Below, one piece after another: positions 38,701 through 51,400 of a DNA stretch of 64,000 nt (the stretch's first letter is position 1; every line of letters begins with the position of its first letter). The stretch is taken from the NCBI GenBank assembly GCA_964199315.1, contig OZ116704.1, positions 30,380,001 through 30,444,000 of the forward strand, read 5' to 3'. The translations under genes were made by a program, and so were the position numbers. Origin of the DNA: Orbicella franksi (taxonomy: Eukaryota). The notes under the pieces were generated by a model. That model did no database searches, was not told where the DNA came from, and saw only the letters and a program-made list of their open reading frames with translations.

Positions 38701-40088
38701 CAGTGATCTGACGGAGACATTTCCTGATATCTACCCCTTTTACATCGTAGCAGGCAGCTCAAGAATTGAATTTACGCCCATGCTATTTTAATTAGTCAAG
38801 TTTTCTGTACAATTTATAGTGGATTCGAGTCGACTTATGGCTCAAACTGCATGTAGAGCCTATTACCTGGCTAATGCATAAGAGTTACTTAGTAAGCTAG
38901 TGGTACCGAATTTGTGATCAGTAAGTTCCCACCAGCAGTTCCAGACACGTGCTTCTGATTTACCTCAGCTCTTGCAAAGGCGGAACAGCCGCTTTGAAGT
39001 TTCTGGAAATAAACAGTTTTAACTACATTAGCAACTAGTAACTCGTCGATGGACGGCAAAATTCCCAATAAAACGTTTTGGTCATTGGTGTATCAGATAG
39101 TCAAAGGAGGTTTACTTATTTTATTTTGTCACTTAGTTTAGGTGATCTCGAGGCGACAATTATTAAGCTGTTGCATACACGTATTGTCATGAACGATCGT
39201 CTCCAGGGTTTTCAATTTTTAACTTTGTAATTCGGGGTCAATAGGGCGATAGTTCCAACATATACAGAAAATAATCCAGTAGTATTCATTGACCAAGTGG
39301 GAAGTCTACAAAGAAAACACATATTCTTTCAAAGGTAACCGTGATATTGTGGCTTAGAATTTTTAAAGAAATGTGAAACGTCATTTTATTTGCTGTTTTG
39401 CAACTCGTTGGACACCAAATAAAATCTATTATAGCTTCTGTGTAGTTTGTCTAAACGGGCTCTCTTGGTTACGCTACTCAAACCGCGTATACTTTTCTTT
39501 TCCCTTGTGTGGTCGTGGCAGAGTTAATAGTGCTTGATGGGAATGATTATGAAGCCCAACGAAGTGCTTTGCTACATGTATATGTTCTTTATTTATCTTT
39601 TTTGTTTCTTTGTTTTTTTGTTTTCTGCAGTGCGTAAATCACAACAAGCGTTTCCTTCTGCCTGACCAACCAATAAAAGCCTTTCGGTTAGGCAACTCAC
39701 GCCTAGTGTATGAGCGCAAAACAATAGATTGTGGACCTACCAACACAAACCCTTCTTCAGATCAGTTGAAGTGTAAGGGGCTTTATAGCTATTTCCCTTT
39801 AATAATTATTGCCAGGGAATGTGAAGAGGGGAAAAACATCTCATGTACTAATATTTTAAATCAATATGATAAGAAATTCATTCTTAGATGTATGTTAACA
39901 AAGACAATTTTTGTTTGTGTTCCATCACGTTGTAGGCTACAACAATCCCAAAAAGTTGAAACTTGAGGGCTAACAAAAGGCTAAATTGCGAGAGAAGCGA
40001 TGCACCCATTTTCACAAGTCGTGTCCTTGGCACTGGCAACTTTGATTTGAAAGATGTGAACTTCGAAAACCACCTAGGCCTGGCTCGT

Positions 40089-43000
40089 CTTGGGGGTGAG
40101 AGATTCTCGCCCATATCAACTTTCTTTTCTCTCTCCACACTCACGTTTTAGGTGCAGGATTCCCAACCAATGCTTACCTAACTTTTCAAAGATGCTACTC
40201 TTAGCCCTCCCCCAAATCTACTCACGTGTATTCCACTTGTGGAAAACTATCGATTTGCACAGTGTTTAGGTTGGAGATTCTCGCCCATATCAACTTTCTT
40301 TTCTCTCGTAAGTTCTCGCGCGTTTAGATATGCGCCGCACTCGCGTTTTAGGTGCAGGAATCCCAACCAAAGCTTACTGGACTGTTTAAAGATGCTATTT
40401 TTAGCCCTTTCCCAAATCTACACACCTGTATTTCACTTGTGGAAGTCTATCGATTTGGATAGTGTTTTGTTTAGAGATTCTCGCGCATATAAACGTTCTT
40501 TTCTCTCGTAAGTTCTCGCGCGTTTGGAGATGCGCCACACTCGCGTTGTAGGCGCCAGGATCCCAAGCAATGCTTACCTAACTTTTGAAAGATGCTACTT
40601 TTGGCCCTCTCCCAAATCTACACACGTGTGTTTCACTTGTGGAAGTCTATCTATTCAGATAGTGTTTGGGTTGGAGATTCTCGCGCATATTAACTTTCTT
40701 TTCTCTCATAAGTTCTCGCGCTTATAGAGGTGCGCCGCACTGGCGTGTTAGGTGCGGGGATCCCATCCAATGCTTACCTAACTTTTGAAAGATGGTACTT
40801 TTAGCCCTCCCCCAAATCTACATACGTGTATTTTACTTGTGGAAGTCTAGCGATTTGGACAATGCTTGGGTGAGAGATTTTCGCCCATATCAACTTTCTT
40901 TTCCGTCATAAGTTCTCACGGGTTTAAAGATACGCCGCAGTCGCTTTTTAGGTGCAGGAATCCCAACCAAAGCTTACTGGACTTTTTAAAGATGCTACTT
41001 TTAGCCCTTCCCCAAATCTACACACCTGTATTTCACTTCTGGAAGCCCATGGATTTGGGTTGTGTTTGGGTAAGAGATTTTCGCCCATATCAACTTTCTT
41101 TTCTCTCCTAAGTTCTTGCCCGTTTAGGGATGCGCCACACTAGCGTTTTAGGTGCAGGGATCCCATCCAATGCTTACCTAACTTTTTAAAGATGCTACTT
41201 TTAGCTCACCCCCAAATCTACACACGTGTATTTGCCTTGTGGAAGTCTATCGATTTGGACAGTGCTTTGGTAAGAGACTCGCGCATATCAACTTTCTTTC
41301 CTCTCGTAACTTCTCGCGCGTTTAGAGATGCGCCACACTCGCGTTTTAGGTCTAGGGATCGTAACCAATGCTTACTGTACTTTTTAAAGATGCTACTTTT
41401 AGCCCTATCCCAAATGTACACACGTGTATTTTACTTGTGGAAGTCTATCGATTTGGATTGTGTTTGAGTGAGAGATTCTCGCTCATATCATTTTTTTTTT
41501 CTCTCGTAAGGTCTCGCGCGTTTGCAGATGAGCTACACTTACGCTTTAGGTGGCGGATCCCATCCGATGCTTACCTAACTTTTCAAAGATGGTACTTTTA
41601 CCCCTGCCCCAAATCTACACACGTGTATTTCACTTTTGGAATTCTATCGATTTGGACAGTGCTATGGTGAGAGATTCTCGCAGATATCAACATTTTATTC
41701 TCGTAAATTCTCGCGCGTTTAGAGATTCGCCACACTCGCGTAGTAGGTGCAGGAATTCAAAAGAATGCTTAGTGGACGTTTTAAAGATGGTAATTTTAGC
41801 CCTTTCTCAAATCTACACACCAGTATTTCACTTGTGGAAGTCTGTCGATTTGGATGGTGTTTGGGTTGGAGATTTTGGCGTATATCAACTTTCTTTTCTA
41901 TCGTAAGTTCTCGCGCGTTTAGAGATGCGCCGCACTCGCCTTTTAGGTGCCAGGATCCCAAGCAAAGCTTTCCTCACTTTTGAAAGATGCTACTTTTAGC
42001 CCTGCCCCAAATCTAAACACGTGTCTTTTACTTCTGGAAGTCTGTCGATTTGGACCATGTTTGGGTTAGAAATTCTCGCGCATTTCAACTTTCTTTTCTC
42101 TTTTAAGCTGTCGCACGTTTAGAGATGCGCCACACTCGCGTTTTAGGTGCTAAGATCCTATCCAATGCTTACCTAACTTTTGAAAGATCCTACTTTTAAC
42201 CCTTCCCCAAATCTACACATGTGTATTTCACTTCTGGAAGTCTATCGATTTGGACAGTGCTTGGGTGAGAGATTCACGCCCATAACAAATTTTTTTTCCT
42301 CGTAAGTTCTCGCCGGTTTAGAGATTCGCCACACTCACGTAGTAAGTGCAGGAGATCAAAACAATGCTTAGTGGACTTTTTAAAGATGTTACTTACTTAC
42401 TAAAGATGTTACGAAATCTACACACCTGTATTTCACTTGTGGAAGTATATCGATTTCGAAAGTGTTTTGGTTGGAGATTCTCGCGCATATCATGCGATCA
42501 ACTGTCTTTTCTCTAGTAAGTTCTCGGACGTTTAGAGATGTGCCACACTCGCGTTTTAGGTGCGAGGATCCCAAGCAATGCTTACCTAACTTTTGAAAGA
42601 TGCTACTTTTAGCCCTTCCCCAAATCTACACACGTGTGCTTCACTTCCGGAAGTCTATCGATTTGGACAGTGTTTTGGTTCAAGATTCTCGCGCATATCA
42701 ACTTTCTTTTCTGTCGTAAGTTCTCGCGCTTTTAAAAATGGGCCGAACTCGTGTTTTGGGTGCAGGAATCCCAACCAATGATTACTAGACTTTTGAAAGA
42801 TGATACTTTTATCCCTCCCCCAAATCTACACACGTGTATTTCACTTGTGGAATTCTATCGATTTGGATAGTGTTTGGGTTGGAGATCCTCGCCCATATCA
42901 ACTTTCTTATCTCACGTAACTTCTTGCGTATGTAGAGATGCGCCACACTCGCGTCTTAGGTGCGAGAATCCCAAGCAATGCTTAGCTACCTTTTAAAAGA

Positions 43001-44506
43001 TGCTACTTTTAGCCCTCCCCCAAATCTAGACACGTGTTTTTTTTTTTTTTTCCACAAGTTAAAACCTGTGGAAGCCTATCGATTTGGATTGTTTTTGGGT
43101 GAGAGATTTTCGGCCATATAAACTTTCTTTTCTGTTGTATATTCTCGCGCGTTTAGAGGTGCGCCGCAATCGCGTAGTAGGTGCAGGAATCCCAAACAAT
43201 GCTTACTGGACTTTTAAAGATGCTACTTTTTGCCCTTCCCCAAATTTACACACCTGTATTTTACTTGTGGAAGTCTATCGATTTTGATTGTGTTTGGGTT
43301 GGAGATTCTCGCGCATATTAACTTTCTTTTCTCTTGCAAGTTTTCTCTCCTAAGTTCTCGCGCGTTTAGAGATTCGCCACACTCATGTTTTAGGTGCGGG
43401 GTTTCTATCCAAGGTTTACCTAAGTTTTCAAAGATGCTACTTTTAGCACTCCCTCAAATCTACACACGTGTATTTCCCTTGTGGAAGTCTATCGATTTGG
43501 ACAGTGCTTGGGTAAGAGATTCTCGCCCATATTAACTTTCTTTTCTCTCGTAAGTTCTTGCGCGTTTAGAGATGCGCCACATCGCGCGGTTTTGGTGTTG
43601 GGATCTCAAACTATGCTTACTGGAGTTTTTAAAGTTTCTAGATTAGGCGCTTTTTTGAATCTTTACCCGTGTATTTCACTTGTGGTAGTCTGCTGCTTTA
43701 GACAATGCTTGGGTTGGAGACTCTTGCACATTTATATTTTTTTTGTCTCGCGTGTTTTCGCGCGTTTAGAAATACGCCAAACTCGCGATTCGGTGTCAGC
43801 ATCTCAAACTACGCTTACTAGACTTTTTGAAGATGCTAGATTTGGCCCTGTCTTAAATCTACACACGTGTATTTCACTTGTGGAAGTTTATCGATTTGGA
43901 CAGTGTTTAAGTTGGAGATTCTCGCCCATCTAAACTTTCTTTATCTCGTAAGTCAGTGGCGCCTGTAGAGATACACCACCCTTGCGTTTTAGCGCGGGGA
44001 TCCCAACCAATGCTTACCTAACATTTTAAAAGATATCACTTTTAGCTCCCTCCCAAATCTATACACGTGTGTTTTACTCGTGGAAGTCTATCGATTTGGA
44101 CAGTGTTTGAGTTGGAGATTCTCGCCCATATTAACTTTCTTTTCTCTAGTGAGTTCTCGCGCTTATAGAGATGCGCCACACTCGCGTTGTAGTACGGGGA
44201 TCCCAACCAATGCTTACCTAACTTTTTAAAGATGCTACCCTTAGCCCTCCCCCAAATCTACTCACGTGTGTTTCACTTGTGGAAATCTATAGATTTGGAC
44301 AGTGTTTGGGTTGGAGATTCTCGCCCATATCAATTTTTTTTTTCTCGTAAGTTTTGGCGCTTTTAGAGATGCGCCACACTCGCGTGTTAAGTGCGGGGAT
44401 CCCAACCAATGCTTACCTAACTTTTTAAAGATGCTACTTCTAGCCCTTTCCCAAATCTACACACCTGTATTTCACTTGTGGAAGTCTATCGATTTGGACT
44501 GTGCTT
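40089..44506. repeat. Tandem satellite array, ~22 copies of a ~200-bp unit
   Basis: The anchor ggaagtctatcgatttgga recurs at 40241, 40441, 40641, 40841, 41041, 41241, 41439, 41638, 41836, 42036, 42236, 42441, 42649, 42849, 43070, 43269, 43483, 43684, 43882, 44082, 44281 and 44480. Units are diverged by substitutions. Confidence 0.95.
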
Positions 44507-45310
44507 AAAGTCGCCGAGACCGGGCTACAAGCAGCGTGATTTGAACCAACTTTGGGTCTATTTGCAGTATTTTGGGCAATATTTAATTTCCGAGTCCCAG
44601 GGACTCTAACTAAATCCAGAACACTTTGGTTTTCAGTGAAATGCAAAGAGGAAAAAGTTTTGAACGCTTGGTTATGAGCAGTCTGGCCGAAATATAGCCC
44701 CGCTTTAACTTATTTAGTGACTAGAAAGTCGCCGAGACCGGATTTTGACCAACTTTGGGTCGATTTAATTTCCGAACACATGGGCGATATTTCCGAGTCC
44801 TAGGGACTCTAAACTAATTGGAGAAGGCTTTGGTTTTCAGGGAAATGCACAGAGGAAAAATATTTGAACGCTTGGTTATGAGCAGTCTGGTTCAAATATA
44901 GCCACTTGGTGACTAAAAAGTCGCCGAGAGCAGGGTAAGCGCAGTGTGATTTTGACCAACTTTGGGTCGATTTGCAAGAACTTGGGCGATATTTTCGAGT
45001 GCCAGGGACTCTAAACTAATTCGAGAAGACTTTGGTTTTCAGTGAAATGGACAGAGGAACAAATTTTCAACGCTTGGTTATGAGCAGTCTGGCTGAAATA
45101 TAGCCACTTAGTGACTAGAAAGTCGCCGAGACCGGGCTACGCGCGGCGTAATTTTGACCAACTTTAGTTCGATTTCCAGGAACTTGGGCAATGTTTACGA
45201 GTCCCAAGGACTCTAAACTAGTTCGAGAAGTTTTTGGATTTCAGTGAAATGGACAGAGGAAAAATTTTTGAACGCTTGGTTATGAGCAGTCTGGCCGAAA
45301 TATAGCCACT
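44507..45310. repeat. Second tandem array, 4 copies of an unrelated ~200-bp unit
   Basis: The anchor aaagtcgccgaga occurs at 44507, 44725, 44917 and 45119. Each unit contains ggactctaa(a)cta, ttggttttcag and aacgcttggttatgagcagtctgg. Confidence 0.9.
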
Positions 45311-47059
45311 GGCCTGTGCGCATATTTGCTCTCCCAGTAGAACGGAATGTAAATCAAATAACAAGACAGGGTAAGAAATGCAGGTGTCATCCTTGAGCAA
45401 ACCTAAAAGTTCACTTATAAGACTCGAAACTACTGTCCTTGTAGTTCTCATGTCAAAGCTCAGATAAACTGAGTACTAGATTCCAATTCTATCGCACCAA
45501 TAATTAGACCGTTCGAGACTTGTGAAGAGGGATCTTTTAAATAAATTTTTCTAGAAGAATACCTATATATCTCCCATAGTTGTTGTTGTTTTTGATTATT
45601 TTTTTTAGTTTTTTCGAAACGGAGAGAGTGAGTCTGTATCTGGGTGTCAACTGCAAAGATTTGAAACGCAGCGAGAGAGTCAGAATTACACTGGAAACGT
45701 CTGTAGTTCACTTTTTTTGTAAAAATATTAGCATTTGATGCGCGGCATGTTTTTGTTGTGGTACGCAAATTTTAATATAAAACATCACTTCATTAAAAAT
45801 GGATAGATGTAAGAGACTAGACTAACAAATTTAAATATTTTTTTTTATTTTGTTAAACTTCCAACTTCTGATGTTACCCGTCTTGCGTGGTTGCCAAAGC
45901 CTCGCGGTCCCAAGACATCAAACTTTAGAAGTTGGATACCTTAATTGTAAAAGCCATTTACCTTTGTACCTGAATTCATCGTTTTCACTCGTCAATTTTT
46001 AATGAAGTGATGCTCCACATATATATTTTTTTCTCTTTCCGTTTTGCTATTCTTTTTTAGGACATTAAATAGAGAACGTAAAAATAATTGTAAAACGTCA
46101 TTTTACTGGTTCTGCATCCGTCTGATAAAAAGCACTGACAAAGTTGACTAAATTTACTCAAAAGAACAAAATCCTCATATATTTCTTTTCTCACGCTGAG
46201 AGGTACAAGGCGATTTAATTGGTTCCTCCGTCACTTAAAAAAATCGGTTTATTATTCATCTCGTATGATTGGTTAAATTTACATGACTCTTTCATTGAAT
46301 ATCATAACGGTGAATAAACGCAGCATTTGCTAAAAGGTTCTGCAAGATGCTGGCAACATTGTTTGTGTCAAACCGCGCAAAACAGTCTGTAACCGTCTGC
46401 CTTCCATCATCTAACAAGGTACTTATCTTTTTAGCGACCTTTTACTAATCTTGACTTCTTGTGTATTAACCTGTAAAAACGACCATTGGACTAAGGTTTA
46501 AAAAAGCGTTGAATTATAACATTCTTTAAAGAGTGGCTGAACGTTGTAAATTGCTATTAATTATTGACACAAGGCAGTTGAAGGTATTTAGTTACGGAAA
46601 ACGTGCTAAACAGCGGTATCCTGGCAATACGTTTCCTTTTACTTCAGTGGATCTAACAATCTTGAAAGATTATAAAGAGGGCATAAACAAGGAATATCGA
46701 CATACCACTTAAACTTTACAACTCTCAAAATGCGTGGACCTGTTTATCTCATCTTTATTAATTTTGTTGAAGCATGCTTTGAGATGGGATACGTGCATCC
46801 AGTAACATCCATATTTCAATCATTTTGGAGATATCGTTAAAATATAATGGAGTTGTCTAAACTTAAAAGTTACGCAGTTTACGTTTAGTGTATATCTAGA
46901 ACTGTAACAACTTTTTGCATGAACAAAAAACTCCTATTTACAATTATAAAATTATGTTAGTTTTCCGAGCTGCCAGAAGCTTCAAACACCGAGTTTTCGT
47001 ATAAGAATAGCACTTATCGTTGAAACAAAAAATAACTCTATGTAATTGTAAATCGTACT

Positions 47060-47097
<38 letters not shown>

Positions 47098-47789
47098 CAG
47101 CTAGTTTACAGCCATGCCGCATCCGAACTATCGCCTGCGATAAAGAGCTGCTTAGACGCTATTCGTCCAGCTGTGAGTTAAGTTGTGTCAAGTCATGCTT
47201 GTAGAAATAACCCGCTGTTAACTACATAAGAGACTTGCTAGTAGTCTTAAATCTGTCTCGCATCAGTTTAACAGCATCCCAATTACTCTACCCTGAAAGA
47301 AGCCAAATTACATATGCGAGAAGCCTGTGTCTTTCGCAGTCAAAGCCCCATAATCACTGGCTTGTTTACCGACTTACCACTCCGAAGCATTTTGATTATG
47401 GCTCCTGGTATCCCGTGAGGGTTGTTAATGAATTACTGAAAATAAATAATATCGACGATGCTTTTAAACCATTCCTTCCCCAGGTTTTCTACCAATTTTG
47501 ATAGTTCTCGAAAATTCTTTAGCCTCATGTCCTGAAGAGGCTTGAATAAAAGAAAAAAAGAAAGAAAAAAGGAAAAAACTTATTGAAGCACCCACTATCT
47601 ACTCGAATGGATTTTTTTTGTTGTTTTCCAGTCTTCTTCAGTTTTCCAGTCTATGTTAATAGTTGTTCTCAATTATTTACTCTTGTGTCTTATAGAGGTT
47701 TGAATAAAAATAATAATAATAATAATAAAAATAAAAAACAGAAAAGAAAGAAAGAAAGCAAGAAACAACGAAAGAAACTTATCTATGCA

Positions 47790-48085
47790 TTCACTATCAT
47801 TTATTATATGGCTAGCTCTGTGATTGGCTACCCGAGCAGGCAAGATGGAGCTATCTTGCCCGCTCGGGACTACCCGCCGTGTCCCGTAGGAAAAATTTCC
47901 CCGAAAGCCATATAATAAATCCTTTATTGACCAAGCTTGTTCGGTCAAGATGGCTTCATTTGGTCTCGTTCTTTTTTTTGCGAGTTTATGGACCTCGACT
48001 CCGTCTCGGTCCATAAACGCGCAAAAAAAGAACTTGGCCAATATCCAGCCATCTTGACTGAACAAGCTTGGTCAATAACCCATAC
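47790..48085. mobile_element. Non-autonomous DNA-element-like repeat with a long internal palindrome
   Basis: ttattgaccaagcttgttcggtcaagatggct (from 47924) pairs with agccatcttgactgaacaagcttggtcaataa (to 48078). Inner arms are tttttttgcgagtttatggacc / ggtccataaacgcgcaaaaaaa, and there is a second small hairpin, gagcaggcaagatggagctatcttgcccgctc. Confidence 0.65.
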
Positions 48086-48429
48086 ATATTGAAATGTCCG
48101 TTTATCATGGATGTTAATCGCGGGATTTTAATGCACATATATTGTGCTTCCATGGACTAAGGGGGATGAATCAATGTACGTTCTTAATTTTTTTTCTTCT
48201 TTCTGATTCGCTGACGTTTATTTCGAAATGAATACAAATTATAAAGAAAACTCTAATATACCACCACCTCCACTAAATTATAAAAACAGCAAATAAAACT
48301 TGTCCCAGTTTATGTTTTGTTTAAAACATTACTTACTCAAGCAAGAGCAGACGAGGATGTTCGCCTCTAGAAAATTCTAACCAAAGGTCATTTAATTTAT
48401 TTTCCTCAGTAATAGTATCTAAAGAACAC

Positions 48430-51400
48430 ATGGCCAAACTGGCAGCCGAAAACGACAAACAAAAGGCGGTCGCTTCCAAAAAGCCTTCAGTCAAAGAAGT
48501 GATATCTACCTTCTGTGGGTACACTACCGCTCATGGTCTTGGGAGGTTGGCAGATGGTGGTGGTGTTTTTCGTCGAATAGCATGGAGTCTGTTTTGCATT
48601 GGCGCCCTTACCATGTTTGTAGTGCAGACCTACAACTTGTTTGCAATTTACTTACGCCGACCTGTGTCAACTGTAGTTACCGTCCAACACGATAGTGTAA
48701 GTATTCGACGTGTGCATTGCTGTTTTACATTCACTCATTACATAGTAAGGAATTGGGAAAAGATTCGACGATACATGATCGTCATTACAAAATAGTTTAT
48801 TTTATGTGATATTTATGAATACTAGGCGAGTCTCTTCAAAATGTTAGAACACGTTTGGTATCAAAACGAGAAAATTCCACTCAGCGTAGACAAGACAATG
48901 AACTCTTTATTGTCGGGAAAGCCTTCAAAGGAGATCTTTCCTTCAAGAGGGGAAATTGGGAAAAATGAATTTATTAACAACTGATCGAACACTTCCAAGG
49001 AGATCAGTCGTAAATGGCCTGTCAGAGGATCTTTACCTTTGTTTTGTTTTATTTTGTTTTGTTTTGTTTTGTTTTTGTTCACTTGTGTGTTTGTTTTTCG
49101 GTGACAAAAATGACACTGTAAAAAAAGAAATGAAAGTTAAAAAAAAAAAAAAAACCGTCTCGGTTGGCCATTCGGTTAGTTAACCGGCCCAGCCATTGTC
49201 ACTGGTCAGTCCACCGATATGGTTGCTTGGACACGTTTGCACCACATATATACAAAACTGAACTTACTCTGTTCAGTACCTTCATAGGTAAAAATAGTTG
49301 CCGTGACTTTTGTTCGATATCTGTAAGTTCAGGATTATGAAATATTGTGAACTTCTCCTTTATTAGCATGTCAGATTTCCAGCTGTGACCATATGCAATT
49401 TAAATATGATTCGACTTGACAAGCTTCCGGATAACTTCATAGATGAAATTTTGGAGGAACTTAAGCTAGAAGGTATGGATATCTCTTACTTAATCAATCA
49501 TGTTATGTAAATAACTATTTTTACATAAACGTGAACGTGTAAATTTAAATATTAGACCTAATTTGGATTTGGAAAGCTTTGCGGAAGGTGCTGTTTTAAT
49601 GTGTTTCCCTTTAGATGCCACATTTCTCACTGTATGATCTTTACATAATTAAAAAAAAAAATCGCGGACAACTTTTAGAGATGTACGGACAGTTTTCCAG
49701 AGAGTGGAAAAATGGCAAAAATTTGGAAAGTTGAACGTAGCAAGTTATTCTGGCAGGCGACCATCTGGACATATAGATGAGAGCTTTCTGCAATTCTCTT
49801 GCTCACCACTATCAATGGATCTTGATTTAATTTGACTGCTATCGTTGACTTCTTTGATTGGTCCTTCACTTTAGTCCTTCTATTTCATTCTTTCACTTCT
49901 GTTGCCAAAGCTTCCCCTCTTCTCTTTCCATTTCAGCACTAAAGCCAAACAATGATTCCGAAGCAGCTAACAGTACATCCGGACCTGGTGCCACTGCTCC
50001 CACCAATTCAAACTCGGCCCCTCATACACTTCCAACTGATTCGTCGACCCAAGAAACACTGCAACCTTCCTCTGATGGAAGCAACACCACAGATGTCCCC
50101 ACTGGTCCCCCCACAGATGGGACTACCTATCCTCCATATGACTACGACTATTACGACTATGACTACTTTGACTACGATTACTATGACTACGGTTACTGGG
50201 ATTACGACTACGATTATTACTTTGGTGGGCTTGGGGAGGAAACCAAAGAACAGGAATACGAAATTGAAGAAGCTATCCGTGCCGAGCTGGCACTAAAAAA
50301 CGATTCAATGATAGTCGAAATGGGGCATCAGTTTGAGGATCTCGTCTTTGAGTGCTCGTTTCGGGGATATGACTGCAGGTCAATTCATAGTACTAAAATG
50401 TTAAAGATAATGCAGGAATATTAATATTGATATAAAATTCTAATAATAAAGGGCAAATAATCCCCTACTATCAACATGAATTTGAGCGACTTTCGTTTTG
50501 TGTTAAACTTGAACTAAAATATATCCTTTGATACATGGGGTAACTTAATTGTATCATTGTATTTAATTAGCATTGCTTCAGGATTTCAAAAGTACACCTA
50601 AAGACGAAAACTTGATTTTTAATTTAAAGAAATACAATTTAGCTTCAATGAAAATACCAAATTCGCAGTAGACCATTTAAAGTAGAACACATGGTCGCTA
50701 ATTTTGAACCATTTCAACTTTTTAGGAACTATTCGCGGTATTGGCATCGTCTTTGGGACTATCGCTATGGCAACTGCTACACTTTTAATGGTGGTATAGA
50801 TGACAATGGTGAAAAACAAAGAGTTCTGTCTTCCCACGTCACTGGGCCAACGGGCGGTAATAGTTTCTGACTTGTAAATGTTGCTATCCTTGAACAGTTA
50901 GGGGACGCAAGTTTTTTGATAAAGAAAGGGTTTGACCCAGCGAAGTAAACCGACTAATATCCGGCTTTGAATGGATATAACTCTGAACTATAATTGTGTG
51001 TTTCTTACTTTGGAGCTAGATATCGAATTTCGAACTGATTCTGAACATTAGCTTGACGTCAGCTGGTTACCTGAATTAATTACTGATTAACCTACCAAAC
51101 GTTTCTTAACTTGCAATAATACTATACAAGAATGACAAGCAAATATACACGCAGTAATCGAGTCTTTGTTTAAAATTCACCCAAATAAGCCATAATCTTT
51201 AGATTTTGTGTTACTTTTTTTCAGTTCGTTGTTAACAACCCTTTGGTGCTCTCTTGTTGATAAATTTTGATACTAATTATTGTTTTCAAGTGCTGCAAAC
51301 AATAATTTCCACGTTTTCTTTTACTTCAAAGCGTACGTTATTTAATTTTTAACTGAATGCGTGTACATCGAAAGTTTTGAAATCTTTTTAATCATTATGT

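Noticed and set aside
40089-45310. CRISPR array, or protein-coding ORFs within the tandem arrays
   Set aside because: The units are contiguous ~200-bp repeats with no unique spacers and no cas genes, in a eukaryotic context. The many short ORFs are repeat translations broken by stops and frameshifts.
45458-45480. Helitron 3' end (ctcag-ataaa-ctgag hairpin followed by CTAG) closing the satellite block
   Set aside because: The hairpin is short and only 2 nt from CTAG, the next base is A rather than T, and no matching 5' TC end was identified.
50137-50220. Asp-Tyr repeat as a cryptic neuropeptide precursor (sulfakinin/CCK-like DY peptides)
   Set aside because: There are no flanking mono- or dibasic cleavage sites and no Gly amidation signals. 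The repeat is in frame inside a channel exon.
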